From: Dehalococcoidia bacterium | Lineage (GTDB): Bacteria > Chloroflexota > Dehalococcoidia > GIF9 > UBA5629 | Length of the DNA stretch: 64,000 nucleotides | Assembly: GCA_034429715.1 (NCBI GenBank) | Contig: DAOUFR010000058.1 | Span: forward strand, 7,811 to 71,810 | Reading direction: 5' to 3' | Shown here: piece by piece, positions 55,711 to 64,000 of the stretch | Position numbering within the stretch: the stretch's first letter is position 1 | Layout of the letters: each line of letters opens with the position of its first letter | Program-made: the position numbers and the translations under genes | The notes under the pieces: model-generated | Seen by the model: only the letters and a program-made list of their open reading frames with translations | Told to the model about the DNA's origin: nothing | Database searches by the model: none

Positions 55711-57309
55711 ATGAACCTGGCCAACCTTGTAGTTGAAGGGATCAGGAAATTCGGGGAATACCAGTGCTGTTATTTCGAGGGTAAATGGTATACCAACGTT
55801 GAGTTGGATGAGATGTCCAGCCGCCTGGGCAACGCGCTCAAATCGATCGGCATCAGCAAGGGAGACCGCGTGGTCACGCAGCTGCCGAACTGCCCTGAGA
55901 TCGGCTGTGCGTTCAATGCCGCCTATAAAATCGGCGCCATTGCCGTGCCTATGAATCCCATATTGCGGCCGGACCAGATATCCCATATTTACAGGGATTG
56001 CGGCGCCGGGGTGACCATAACGACTTCCGATTACCTGCCCTGGATCAGGGAGGCGCAGAAAAACGCGCCGGGCCTCAAGAACATAGTCCTGGTTGATAAG
56101 GACGATGAGCCGGGGGCACTCTCCTTGAGAAAGCTAATGGAGAGCTCCAGCAATGAATTGAAGGTGGAGGAAATGGATTCCGACGACCTGGCGGCGCTGA
56201 TCTATACATCCGGCACTACCGGAAATCCAAAGGGTGTAATGCATACCCACTTCTCGCTGTGGATCAATGCGGTTTGCTTCGCTGATTTTACAGCCATGTG
56301 TTCCCCCACTACGCTGACCAATGCACACCGGGATCTTAACAAGCTGACTTATCAGATCGAGGAGACCCAACAGGTAGTTACGGGACACGACCGGCATGTA
56401 TTATTTCTGGCAGTACTGCCGCTGTCTCATTCGTACGGCCTGTCTTTTATGAATTTCGGCAACCTGGTCGGATCCAGATATGTGGTGATGAAGTGGTGGA
56501 ATCCGGCGGCGGCGCTCAATTTCATTCAGGAGATGCGCATCGAGTACCTTGCTATGGTTCCGACCATGTACGTTCACATGCTGGACCAACCCGACTTCGA
56601 TAAGTATGACCTCAGTTCCCTTAAATACTGCAACTCGGGGGCTGCGGCGCTCGATCCGGGCGTCGCATCCAGGTGGAAGGACAAGACCGGCGTCCACATA
56701 CACGAGGGCTGGGGACTGACGGAGTCCGGCGCTCTGACAGCGGGCAATCCCACCACGCGCCCTCCCAAGATCGGCTCCATCGGCGTCAACATGCTAAAGT
56801 GCAACACAATGAAAATATTCGACGACCAGGACTGCGAGCTACCGACTGAGGGAAGGGGGGAGCTGGTTATCAGAGGACCCGCTGTAATGAAAGGTTATTG
56901 GAATATGCCGGAAGAGACGGCTGAAACGCTTAAAAACGGCTGGCTGCATACCGGTGACATCGGTTACATGGACAGAGATGGCTACTTTTATATCACTGAT
57001 AGAAAGAAGGATATAATCATCCGCGGAGGAGAAAACGTTTCGCCCAGGGAAGTCGAAGAAGTTGTCGGCCGGCATCCCAAGGTGCTTGAAGCGGGCTGTG
57101 TGGGGATCAAAGACAGGGTATACGGGGAGGAGATAAAGGCGTTCGTCGTGCTCAGAGAGGGCGAGCAGTGCAGCGAGGCTGAGATCATCGAGCACTGCAA
57201 ACGATATCTGCCCTCGTTTAAAACGCCCGGCAAGGTGCAGTTTATAAACGCGCTGCCCAAGAATATCCTGGGCAAGGTATTGCGGGCTGACCTGCGAAAG
57301 CTGAGGTAG
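55711..57309 (+). CDS. AMP-dependent acyl-CoA synthetase/ligase
   Basis: YTSGTTGNPKG and GELVIRGP...KGY are present. An AGGAGG RBS is present. Confidence 0.8.
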   Translation: MNLANLVVEGIRKFGEYQCCYFEGKWYTNVELDEMSSRLGNALKSIGISKGDRVVTQLPNCPEIGCAFNAAYKIGAIAVPMNPILRPDQISHIYRDCGAGVTITTSDYLPWIREAQKNAPGLKNIVLVDKDDEPGALSLRKLMESSSNELKVEEMDSDDLAALIYTSGTTGNPKGVMHTHFSLWINAVCFADFTAMCSPTTLTNAHRDLNKLTYQIEETQQVVTGHDRHVLFLAVLPLSHSYGLSFMNFGNLVGSRYVVMKWWNPAAALNFIQEMRIEYLAMVPTMYVHMLDQPDFDKYDLSSLKYCNSGAAALDPGVASRWKDKTGVHIHEGWGLTESGALTAGNPTTRPPKIGSIGVNMLKCNTMKIFDDQDCELPTEGRGELVIRGPAVMKGYWNMPEETAETLKNGWLHTGDIGYMDRDGYFYITDRKKDIIIRGGENVSPREVEEVVGRHPKVLEAGCVGIKDRVYGEEIKAFVVLREGEQCSEAEIIEHCKRYLPSFKTPGKVQFINALPKNILGKVLRADLRKLR

Positions 57310-57355
57310 AATATACCCCACTCACAGTAATCAAATAGCGTCAGGAGATTTTACG

Positions 57356-57874
57356 ATGAATAGGAAAGACGCTGCTTATGACATTAAGACGGCGGCGGTG
57401 TGCGGTCTCTTCTGCCCTGCCTGCACCCTCTACATCGGGACTCAGGAAGATCCGCATAGGCTGCAATTCCTGGCTGATAGATTCAAGCTCCCGCTGGAGG
57501 AGGTCCGCTGCGGTGGATGCCGTTCTGAATTGCGATCTTTTTATTGCCGCGGCGTCTGTAAGATGGCCGTGTGCGCGGCCGAGAAAGGGATCGAGTTTTG
57601 CGGAAGCTGCGAATCATATCCCTGCCGGGAGTTAAAGGATTTCCAGTGTGCCATGCCGCACAGGATCGAGCTGTGGAGGTCTCTGGACCGTATCCGGGAT
57701 GCCGGTCCTGAGACATGGTACGGCGAGATGCTGGAGCATTACGCCTGCCCGTCCTGCGGGACGATCAACTCCGCCTACGACTTTCAGTGCAGGAAGTGCG
57801 GTAATGACCCGGGCTGTGCTTATGTTGCTGAGCACAGGGATGAGATAATCAGGCAGCTCGGCAAGATGAAATAA
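57356..57874 (+). CDS. DUF3795-family Cys-rich (zinc-binding) protein
   Basis: Multiple CxxC pairs are present (CGLFCPAC, CGGC, CRGVC, CGSC, CPSCG, CRKCG), matching the DUF3795 pattern. Confidence 0.55.
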   Translation: MNRKDAAYDIKTAAVCGLFCPACTLYIGTQEDPHRLQFLADRFKLPLEEVRCGGCRSELRSFYCRGVCKMAVCAAEKGIEFCGSCESYPCRELKDFQCAMPHRIELWRSLDRIRDAGPETWYGEMLEHYACPSCGTINSAYDFQCRKCGNDPGCAYVAEHRDEIIRQLGKMK

Positions 57875-57918
57875 GAACGTGCAGGTTTAAAAAACGCGCC
57901 CGTTCAACTATCAAACGC

Positions 57919-57950
57919 AGGGGCGGACCTTCAGGTCCGCCCGCGATTGT
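57919..57950. terminator. bidirectional rho-independent terminator (GGGCGGACC-TTCA-GGTCCGCCC)
   Basis: A perfect 9-bp stem sits at 57921-57942 between convergent genes and is followed by a T-rich stretch. Confidence 0.65.
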
Positions 57951-57951
57951 C

Positions 57952-59415
57952 TTATTTACAGTAATTCTTTATCAACTGGATATAGAAATCGATCATCTCG
58001 CTGTAGTTGTCGACCGAGATACGCTCGTTGGTGCCGTGTAGCAGCACCAGGCCCTCGCTGGTGAACCTCTGAGGCAGAAAGCGCAGGATGTTGGGTGATA
58101 GGCCGATGTAGCGGGATGCGTCAGAGGCCGAGTTTACCAATGCCGGCGTGACCAGTGCTTCAGGGAAAACGTCTTTAATGGACTGGTTGAAAGTCTGGAA
58201 GGCCCAGGTGTCGGTGCCGGATATGGGGGATGCCTCGGTAGCGCCCTGCCCGTATAGCGAAACCTTGACGCGCGGATCGTCGATCACTTTTATAACGCGC
58301 TGGGTTACTTTCTCGACAGTGTCGCCCGGCATGAGGCGGAAATTAATCACGGCCGATGCCCGAGAGGGAAGAACATTTTCACGCTGGCTTCCCTGCAGCA
58401 TGGTGGGCGCCGTGGTGGTCCTCAGCGTAGCGTCGGTCGGTGGTGAGGCAGCCAGCTGGCTTTCGATGACCGGTCCCAGCAGCCACATATTGGCGAAGAT
58501 GGTTTTGTACAGGGGCGTCATCTCCGGGCCCAGGTAATCGAACATCCATGATGCGGGGCCTGCCAGATTGCCGGGGAAGGGATTTTTCTCAAGCTTATCC
58601 ACGGCCGCGGCGACAATGCCGGCTGCTGTCTGCCGCGGCGGCATGGAAGAATGCCCGCCCTCGGATTCGGCTGTAAGCTCCAGGTTGAGGTAACCCTTCT
58701 CGGCAATGCCTATGAGCGCGACCGGCACTTTAATGCCTGGTATCGCTCCGCTTATAATGACCTCACCCTCATCCGTGATCATCTCGAAGTCCTGTCCCTG
58801 CTCCTTGAAGTATTGCGCGATCTTGCCCGCTCCCTGCATGCCGGTTATCTCCTCGTCAAAACCCGAAGCCAGGTATATGGAGCGCACCGGCTGGAAGCCG
58901 TCCTTGATCAGATATTCCATGGCTTCCAGCATGCCGAGCAGGGTGCATTTGTCATCCAGCGTGCCGCGGCCCCAGATATAGCCGTCGGCGATTGTGCCCG
59001 AGAAGGGCGGATATTTCCAGCCTTCATCCAACGCAGGAACAACATCCTGGTGGGCCAGCAGCAGGATTGGCTTTTTCTGGGGGTCGCTGCCTTTCCAGAT
59101 ATACAGCAGACCGTAACCATTGATCACTTTCACTTCCAGGTTTGAGTACACAAGAGGATAGCTCTTCTTGAGGTATTCCTGCAGTTTGGCGAAGGGCTCA
59201 TAGTCCACCTTGGAGGCGTCCTCATTGAAAACGGTCTTGAATTTGATGGATTCCGACAACCGCAGCGCGGCCTGGTCTTTATCGATATTGTAGGTTACCT
59301 TGTCGCCGGCCGGCAGCTGTTTTGAACTGAATGTCATTGTCCTGATGGCGATAACGCCCCCCAGTATAACGATGACGGCCAGGATACACAGAACGACGAT
59401 GACCCAGGTCTTCAT
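57952..59415 (-). CDS. M20-family metallopeptidase (dipeptidase/carboxypeptidase-like), N-terminal membrane anchor
   Basis: LLAHQDVVPA, GRGTLDDKC and the M20 dimerisation region are present. GAGGAGG precedes ATG 59415. Confidence 0.7.
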   Translation of the reverse strand: MKTWVIVVLCILAVIVILGGVIAIRTMTFSSKQLPAGDKVTYNIDKDQAALRLSESIKFKTVFNEDASKVDYEPFAKLQEYLKKSYPLVYSNLEVKVINGYGLLYIWKGSDPQKKPILLLAHQDVVPALDEGWKYPPFSGTIADGYIWGRGTLDDKCTLLGMLEAMEYLIKDGFQPVRSIYLASGFDEEITGMQGAGKIAQYFKEQGQDFEMITDEGEVIISGAIPGIKVPVALIGIAEKGYLNLELTAESEGGHSSMPPRQTAAGIVAAAVDKLEKNPFPGNLAGPASWMFDYLGPEMTPLYKTIFANMWLLGPVIESQLAASPPTDATLRTTTAPTMLQGSQRENVLPSRASAVINFRLMPGDTVEKVTQRVIKVIDDPRVKVSLYGQGATEASPISGTDTWAFQTFNQSIKDVFPEALVTPALVNSASDASRYIGLSPNILRFLPQRFTSEGLVLLHGTNERISVDNYSEMIDFYIQLIKNYCK

Positions 59416-59547
59416 TTTACCAACCTCCTCGGGCAAGAAATTTACAGCATTCTAACACGATGACTGTGGTGCTACAAAAGTGTGATGAAGGTCAACAAAG
59501 AATCGCTTCGCTTCCTGCATTGAACATATTTATCATCGCAGCGCCGC

Positions 59548-60459
59548 TCACTCTACGGGCATGCGGGCGCTGCCGGTGGCCCGTATCATCCAGTTGACCT
59601 TGCTGCGGTCGCTGTACCAGAACGTCGAATTATAGAAAGTATCGATGGCCACCGGCGAGATATTAGGAGGACGCCCGCTGGCCAGGTCGGAGTGCTCGTT
59701 GATGATGCTATCGTCCACACCTACATGTATGCCCTTGTGCATGCCTGTTCCGGTGAACAGGTAAACCTGGAAATCGTTTTCAATGGGAAGCGGCGGTATG
59801 TCGAAATCCACCCAGGACGGCTCCCGGTAGGGGAAGGCGCCTTTAACAGGAAATTTGGCGATGGCATATACCTGTTTGTAGAGTGGGGTATTGAACATAT
59901 CCAGGACGGAAAGCTCAAAAGTCTTGCCTTCCCAGGCCACGCCGTAGATGCCGCCGCAGATGCTGATCTTTTTGAGCACGAAAGGCCTGGCCGGAAGTGT
60001 GAAGCTGATGAGGAAGCCGTTATTGTATCCCGCCCACAGAGCATCCTGCGAGACGCCGCTATCGTATTTAAGCTCTACATCCCTCTCCTCTACGGCGGTG
60101 ACAACGAGTGTTGCGCTGGCACTGTCAAGCTGGATTTTATAAGTGCCCGGCTTCTCTCTGGAGATATTGAAGATTATTTTAGCGATCTTTTCCGGCTGGA
60201 TGGTGATTGTTTTAGTGGCCACCTCTTCGCCGTTCATGGTGAGCACGGCTGTGAAATTGCCGGCCAGCCCGCCGGTGTTGGTCACCTGGGCTGTGACTGT
60301 AGCTTCTTCGTCAACCTGTACCTGTGCAGGCGTGACTCCCAGCGATACGACCTGGAAAGAGGCGGGCCGTACCTGCGGCTGTTGGGAGCAGGCGAAGCCT
60401 ATCGCCGTGACCAGCAGCATGAGAGGCACAAAGGTAGGGGCTATTATCCGGCGGAACAT
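59548..60459 (-). CDS. hypothetical secreted/lipoprotein (303 aa), beta-rich
   Basis: A signal peptide is followed by Cys (LVTAIGFACSQ). No catalytic motif is recognisable. Confidence 0.5.
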   Translation of the reverse strand: MFRRIIAPTFVPLMLLVTAIGFACSQQPQVRPASFQVVSLGVTPAQVQVDEEATVTAQVTNTGGLAGNFTAVLTMNGEEVATKTITIQPEKIAKIIFNISREKPGTYKIQLDSASATLVVTAVEERDVELKYDSGVSQDALWAGYNNGFLISFTLPARPFVLKKISICGGIYGVAWEGKTFELSVLDMFNTPLYKQVYAIAKFPVKGAFPYREPSWVDFDIPPLPIENDFQVYLFTGTGMHKGIHVGVDDSIINEHSDLASGRPPNISPVAIDTFYNSTFWYSDRSKVNWMIRATGSARMPVE

Positions 60460-60509
60460 CTGCAGCAGGGCAAGTATAATGCACCCACCCTGCTGCAGGC
60501 AACCCGCCG

Positions 60510-62183
60510 CTATTTTTTAGTCTTGAGTATCTCTCTCAGTTCCCGTTTGAGTATCTTGCCCACGGCGCTCAAAGGAAGCTCATCCATAAATATGATCTGC
60601 TTCGGCACCTTGTACGGGGCAACCTTCTCGCGCATAAAGCTGGTGATGGACTGACGGGTGGCGTCGTTCGGCTCCACGCCCGGCTTGAGCACGATAGCCG
60701 AGGCAACGATCTCGGTGAACTCCCTGCCGGGGTCAGGCACGCCCACCGATGCGCACATGGATATGTCCGGATGCTGGGCTAAAATATCGTCCAACTCGCG
60801 TGTGAAGACTTTCATGCCGCTGACGGAGACCATATCCTTGAGCCGGTCGACGATGTAGAAGAAGCCGTCCTCATCCATAGTCGCGACATCACCGGTATGC
60901 ATATAGCCCTCACGTATGGAGTTGGCCGTCTCATCTGGTTTGTTATGATAGCCTTTCATGATCTGCGGGCCGCGGGCGCAGAACTCGCCCGGCTCTCCCA
61001 GCTTGGCCAGCTCGCCGGTAGCCGGGTCGACCAGCTTGACCTCTGTATCGGGCAGCGGCATTCCCACCGATCCGACCTTCTTTTTACCCAGGTATGGCTG
61101 GCAGGTTATTAAAGGGCTGGTCTCCGTCATGCCGTAGACCTCGATCAGCTTGTTATCCCCCACGATTTCATAGAACTGCTTGATCAGCTCGGCCGGGAAG
61201 GGCGCCGCTCCGCTGGCGTAGAACTTGACGAAGGAAAGGTCCATCTTCTGAAAGTTCTCGTTCTTCATCATCTCCATGAAAAGGGTGGGCACATTGGCCA
61301 CTACCGTGGGCCTGTACTTCTTGATCTGGGTGATGATAAACGCCACGTCACGGGGATTAGGTATAAGGACCTGGGTCATGCCGATGGACAGGCCGACGAA
61401 GGCGTAGAGCAGGCCGGCCTGATGGAAGAGCGGGAAGGCGGATACCCCCACCTCCTCGCCGATCTTGGCCTCCGTCCAGGTCACCCATTGATATATCTGG
61501 TGCGAGACGTTGCGATTGGTGAGCACAGCGCCTTTGGAAGGTCCCGTCGTGCCGCCCGTATACTGCATCAGGCAATCCGAGTCACGGTCCACCCAGGTAT
61601 TTATCTCCTTGTCGGGGTATTTCTTGAGAATATCGATGGTATTGAAGACATCGATGCCGTCCTGTTTTTTAACTTCGCCGATGGGCGCGTTCCAGTCCAC
61701 CGGGCCCATAAAGTCGAAGACGCCGGCCACCGCCAGTGTTTTTACCTTTGTCTTGGCTATCACGGCATTGACGCGCGGCAAATTGACATCGAAAGTGACC
61801 AGCACTGTAGCCCCCGAGTCGTTGAGTTGATGTTCCAATTCGTGCTCGGTGAGCAGCGGGCTGACGCCCGTTGTGATGCACCCCACCTTTTGAGCGCCAA
61901 CAAAACAGATAAGGTAAGCAGGAATATTGGGCATGTTCAATCCGACGACATCACCCTGCTTAACACCCCTATCCAGCAGGAAACCGGCGAATTTGTTGGA
62001 CATGACGTCGAGCTCTTTGAAGCTGATGACCGTGTCGATGTAGATCATGGCCGCCCTGTCGGGCACTTCTCGGAAACTCCTGCGAGCCATGTCGATGAAG
62101 GACATCCAGGGATAGGCGAGGTTAGCCGGGACATGCGCATCGTAGTGCTTGAGCCAGGGTTTGGCGGAATACGGATCGTACAT
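60510..62183 (-). CDS. AMP-dependent (long/medium-chain) acyl-CoA synthetase/ligase
   Basis: YTGGTTGPSKG and GEFCARGP...KGY are present. An AGGAGG RBS is present. Confidence 0.8.
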   Translation of the reverse strand: MYDPYSAKPWLKHYDAHVPANLAYPWMSFIDMARRSFREVPDRAAMIYIDTVISFKELDVMSNKFAGFLLDRGVKQGDVVGLNMPNIPAYLICFVGAQKVGCITTGVSPLLTEHELEHQLNDSGATVLVTFDVNLPRVNAVIAKTKVKTLAVAGVFDFMGPVDWNAPIGEVKKQDGIDVFNTIDILKKYPDKEINTWVDRDSDCLMQYTGGTTGPSKGAVLTNRNVSHQIYQWVTWTEAKIGEEVGVSAFPLFHQAGLLYAFVGLSIGMTQVLIPNPRDVAFIITQIKKYRPTVVANVPTLFMEMMKNENFQKMDLSFVKFYASGAAPFPAELIKQFYEIVGDNKLIEVYGMTETSPLITCQPYLGKKKVGSVGMPLPDTEVKLVDPATGELAKLGEPGEFCARGPQIMKGYHNKPDETANSIREGYMHTGDVATMDEDGFFYIVDRLKDMVSVSGMKVFTRELDDILAQHPDISMCASVGVPDPGREFTEIVASAIVLKPGVEPNDATRQSITSFMREKVAPYKVPKQIIFMDELPLSAVGKILKRELREILKTKK

Positions 62184-62278
62184 AGTTACCTCCTGTTTTT
62201 ATTTTTCAGGCGCAGCCGAAGCTACGCTCCTTCAACCCAAGTGGAGGCGGATCACAAGTATTCAGATGTTGTAGATCT

Positions 62279-63247
62279 TCAGCCGCTGAAAATGTTCCTG
62301 GGATTCTCCACCATCATTTGCCCTATCTGCGCATCGGTCACTCCCGCCTGCTTGAGCTGAGGGATGATGTTCTTGAAAAGATGAGTATAAGACCAGTTGA
62401 CTATGAGAGCCTGTATAAAATCGGGCATGACGGTTTGGCGTCCCATGATGCGCGTTACGCAATCCTGAGAAAGCACGATGCGGTCGGCAAATCCCAGCCC
62501 CAGCAGCCCCAATATCGTAGCCTTACGCAGGTTGTCGGGGAAGATGAAACCGATGCCCCAGCGATCGAATCCCAGGTAGACGCCCTTATCTATCACCGAC
62601 ATCTGATATTCCAGGCTGGCATTGCCGCACATGTGTCCGACCACTATTTTTTTTGGATCCACGCCTTCCCCCAGCAACAGCGCCGCCTGCTCAGCCCCCA
62701 TGGTACCCTGTTGAGTATGCGTTATTATGGGCACACCCGTCTCCTTTTGTGCTCTGGCCGCAGCCTTAAGCACCTTTTCCTCATAGGGAGTGATGCAGCC
62801 ATGGCTGGTACCCACCTTGATGACACCGGCCCTTACACCGGTTTTGCCGATGCCGACCGTCAGTTCCTGCATGAAGGATTCGTACATCTCAGTGGTGATA
62901 TCCATCACCTGGCTGCGAAATTTCAGGTAGACCGGCATGCCCTCGGCCTCGAAGTACATGCCTGTAGCGCATACAATATTTAAACCGGTGTTCTCAGCAA
63001 CTATCTTATCCAGCTCTACGTTTCTCCAGAGATCGCAGGGGGTAGCGTCCACCACGGTTTTAATACCGAATTTTTTCGCCTCTCCCACTGACTCTGCACA
63101 GGCGGATGCCAGCTCCTTGAGGTCGACTGGAGGTGCCACGGCATCCTGTTCCCATCCCGGGTAAGCCAGCACCATATGCTCGTGCATAAGAGTGGGTCCC
63201 ATCTGGTCAACGGGCAACGTGCCGAGCACGGTATTGATCTTCACCAT
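62279..63247 (-). CDS. phosphotriesterase (PTE/PHP) family binuclear-metal hydrolase (lactonase-like)
   Basis: The N-terminal motif G.TL.HEH (LGTLPVDQMGPTLMHEHMV) and other metal-ligand His/Asp are present. An AAGGAGG RBS is present. Confidence 0.7.
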   Translation of the reverse strand: MVKINTVLGTLPVDQMGPTLMHEHMVLAYPGWEQDAVAPPVDLKELASACAESVGEAKKFGIKTVVDATPCDLWRNVELDKIVAENTGLNIVCATGMYFEAEGMPVYLKFRSQVMDITTEMYESFMQELTVGIGKTGVRAGVIKVGTSHGCITPYEEKVLKAAARAQKETGVPIITHTQQGTMGAEQAALLLGEGVDPKKIVVGHMCGNASLEYQMSVIDKGVYLGFDRWGIGFIFPDNLRKATILGLLGLGFADRIVLSQDCVTRIMGRQTVMPDFIQALIVNWSYTHLFKNIIPQLKQAGVTDAQIGQMMVENPRNIFSG

Positions 63248-63354
63248 TCCTGCCTCCTTACAACTGCCTCAACCTGGGAGATGAAATAGAACTTAACGCA
63301 ATATAGCATCGCTAATAGGCAAAGTCAATATGCGGCCACGACTAAAAAAGGGGA

Positions 63355-63383
63355 TTGACAGCGCAACCTTCAAAGTGTAATAT
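63355..63383 (+). promoter_or_regulatory. sigma70-like promoter (TTGACA-17-TAATAT) for the terminal TetR gene
   Basis: TTGACA sits at 63355-63360 and TAATAT at 63378-63383. Confidence 0.45.
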
Positions 63384-63453
63384 ATAAAACAAGCGCTTGA
63401 TTTATATATATATTTTGTAGATTCAATCGACAAGTAAGGGGGCATGAAAGGCA

Positions 63454-64000
63454 TTGGGTCGTAAAAGTCTGGCAACAGAGCGGCGGAGGCAGATACTAAG
63501 GGGCGCTGCGTCTCTTTTCATCAGGAAGGGTTATCTGAACACGTCGGTGCGCGATATTGCCGGTGAGCTCGGCATGAACGTGGCCACGCTGTATCACTAT
63601 GTAGGCTCCAAGAACGGTATACTCGGCCTTTTCCACGAATATACTATGAATGCCATCGATTTCTTCTCTAAAAAATACCAGGCGATGATCGAGAGCATGG
63701 AGCCGCAGCGCGCTTTGAAATACGCCGTCAGGGAATACTTGAAATGGGTGGAGGAGTACCAGGACCTGACCGTTTTCTGGTATCAGGAAGCAAAAAACCT
63801 TAGCCCCGCCCAGTTTAAGGCGCTGAAAATGCAGGAAGAGCGCACGATACAGATATTCCAGACGATACTCGAAAGGGGTATCAGGTCCGGTAAGTTTAAA
63901 GTCAAGAATCCCGCTCTGGCCGCCAATAACATCGTTGTCCTTTGCGATATGTGGGCCTTCCGCAGATGGCTGCTGAAAGAGCACTTCACGCTGGAGCAGT
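63454..64000 (+). CDS. TetR-family transcriptional regulator, 3' end outside the window; probable TTG start
   Basis: The HTH is RRRQILRGAASLFIRKGYLNTSVRDIAGELGMNVATLYHY. The plus-strand frame is open to the window end. It was not listed in the ORF track because it has no ATG. The overlapping minus-strand ORF 63496-63984 is antisense. Confidence 0.65.
   Translation, partial: MGRKSLATERRRQILRGAASLFIRKGYLNTSVRDIAGELGMNVATLYHYVGSKNGILGLFHEYTMNAIDFFSKKYQAMIESMEPQRALKYAVREYLKWVEEYQDLTVFWYQEAKNLSPAQFKALKMQEERTIQIFQTILERGIRSGKFKVKNPALAANNIVVLCDMWAFRRWLLKEHFTLEQ

Noticed and set aside
63496-63984. Minus-strand ORF of 162 aa at the window end.
   Set aside because: The plus strand here encodes a clear TetR HTH (LGMNVATLYHY...) with its own promoter. 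The minus ORF is the antisense frame.

Overview
This 64 kb window has high coding density and is most likely from an anaerobic bacterium. GC is moderately high, and many genes have AGGAGG-type ribosome-binding sites, GTG/TTG starts and 1-4 nt stop/start overlaps. I see three main blocks. (1) Bases 1-21.3 kb hold housekeeping and fermentation genes. These are a partial D-aminoacylase, an FrhB-like iron-sulfur/flavin subunit translationally coupled to indolepyruvate:ferredoxin oxidoreductase iorAB, and a TetR regulator with two tandem AbfD-type 4-hydroxybutyryl-CoA dehydratase paralogs. They are followed by purF-purM-purH, a RidA-family protein, a glycerophosphodiester phosphodiesterase, an orphan beta-class DNA methyltransferase, an ICMT-family methyltransferase, a hemolysin-III family protein, an MBL-fold hydrolase, Hbd, a crotonase, and a lipoprotein with a probably dead trypsin-like domain, two FN3 domains and a thioredoxin-like domain. 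(2) Bases 21.4-29.2 kb form a compact Ser/Thr phospho-signalling island, which is my best candidate for the undescribed system. It encodes five different FHA-domain proteins, three of them membrane-anchored with a shared uncharacterised Tyr/Trp-rich ectodomain plus Ig/PKD-like domains, one fused to a zinc ribbon, and one fused to an OmpR-type winged-helix DNA-binding domain. These sit alongside one atypical Hanks-type kinase and one PP2C phosphatase, with GTGA/TGATG start-stop overlaps implying translational coupling. (3) Bases 29-64 kb form a large acyl-CoA catabolic island. It contains a bbs-like beta-oxidation module (SDR, SCP-x type thiolases with a DUF35 partner, acyl-CoA dehydrogenase, enoyl-CoA hydratases, hydroxyacyl-CoA dehydrogenase, family-III CoA-transferase), two MFS transporters, five AMP-forming CoA ligases, and a four-gene class-I benzoyl-CoA-reductase-like ATP-dependent reductase/dehydratase set with two distinct ATPase subunits plus a duplicated large subunit. 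It also carries PadR and TetR regulators, a HemN-like radical SAM enzyme next to an unknown 341-aa protein, a DUF3795 protein, an M20 peptidase and a phosphotriesterase-family hydrolase. I saw no rRNA, tRNA, CRISPR or transposase. All calls come from reading the supplied ORF translations and raw sequence by eye; no database searches were run.
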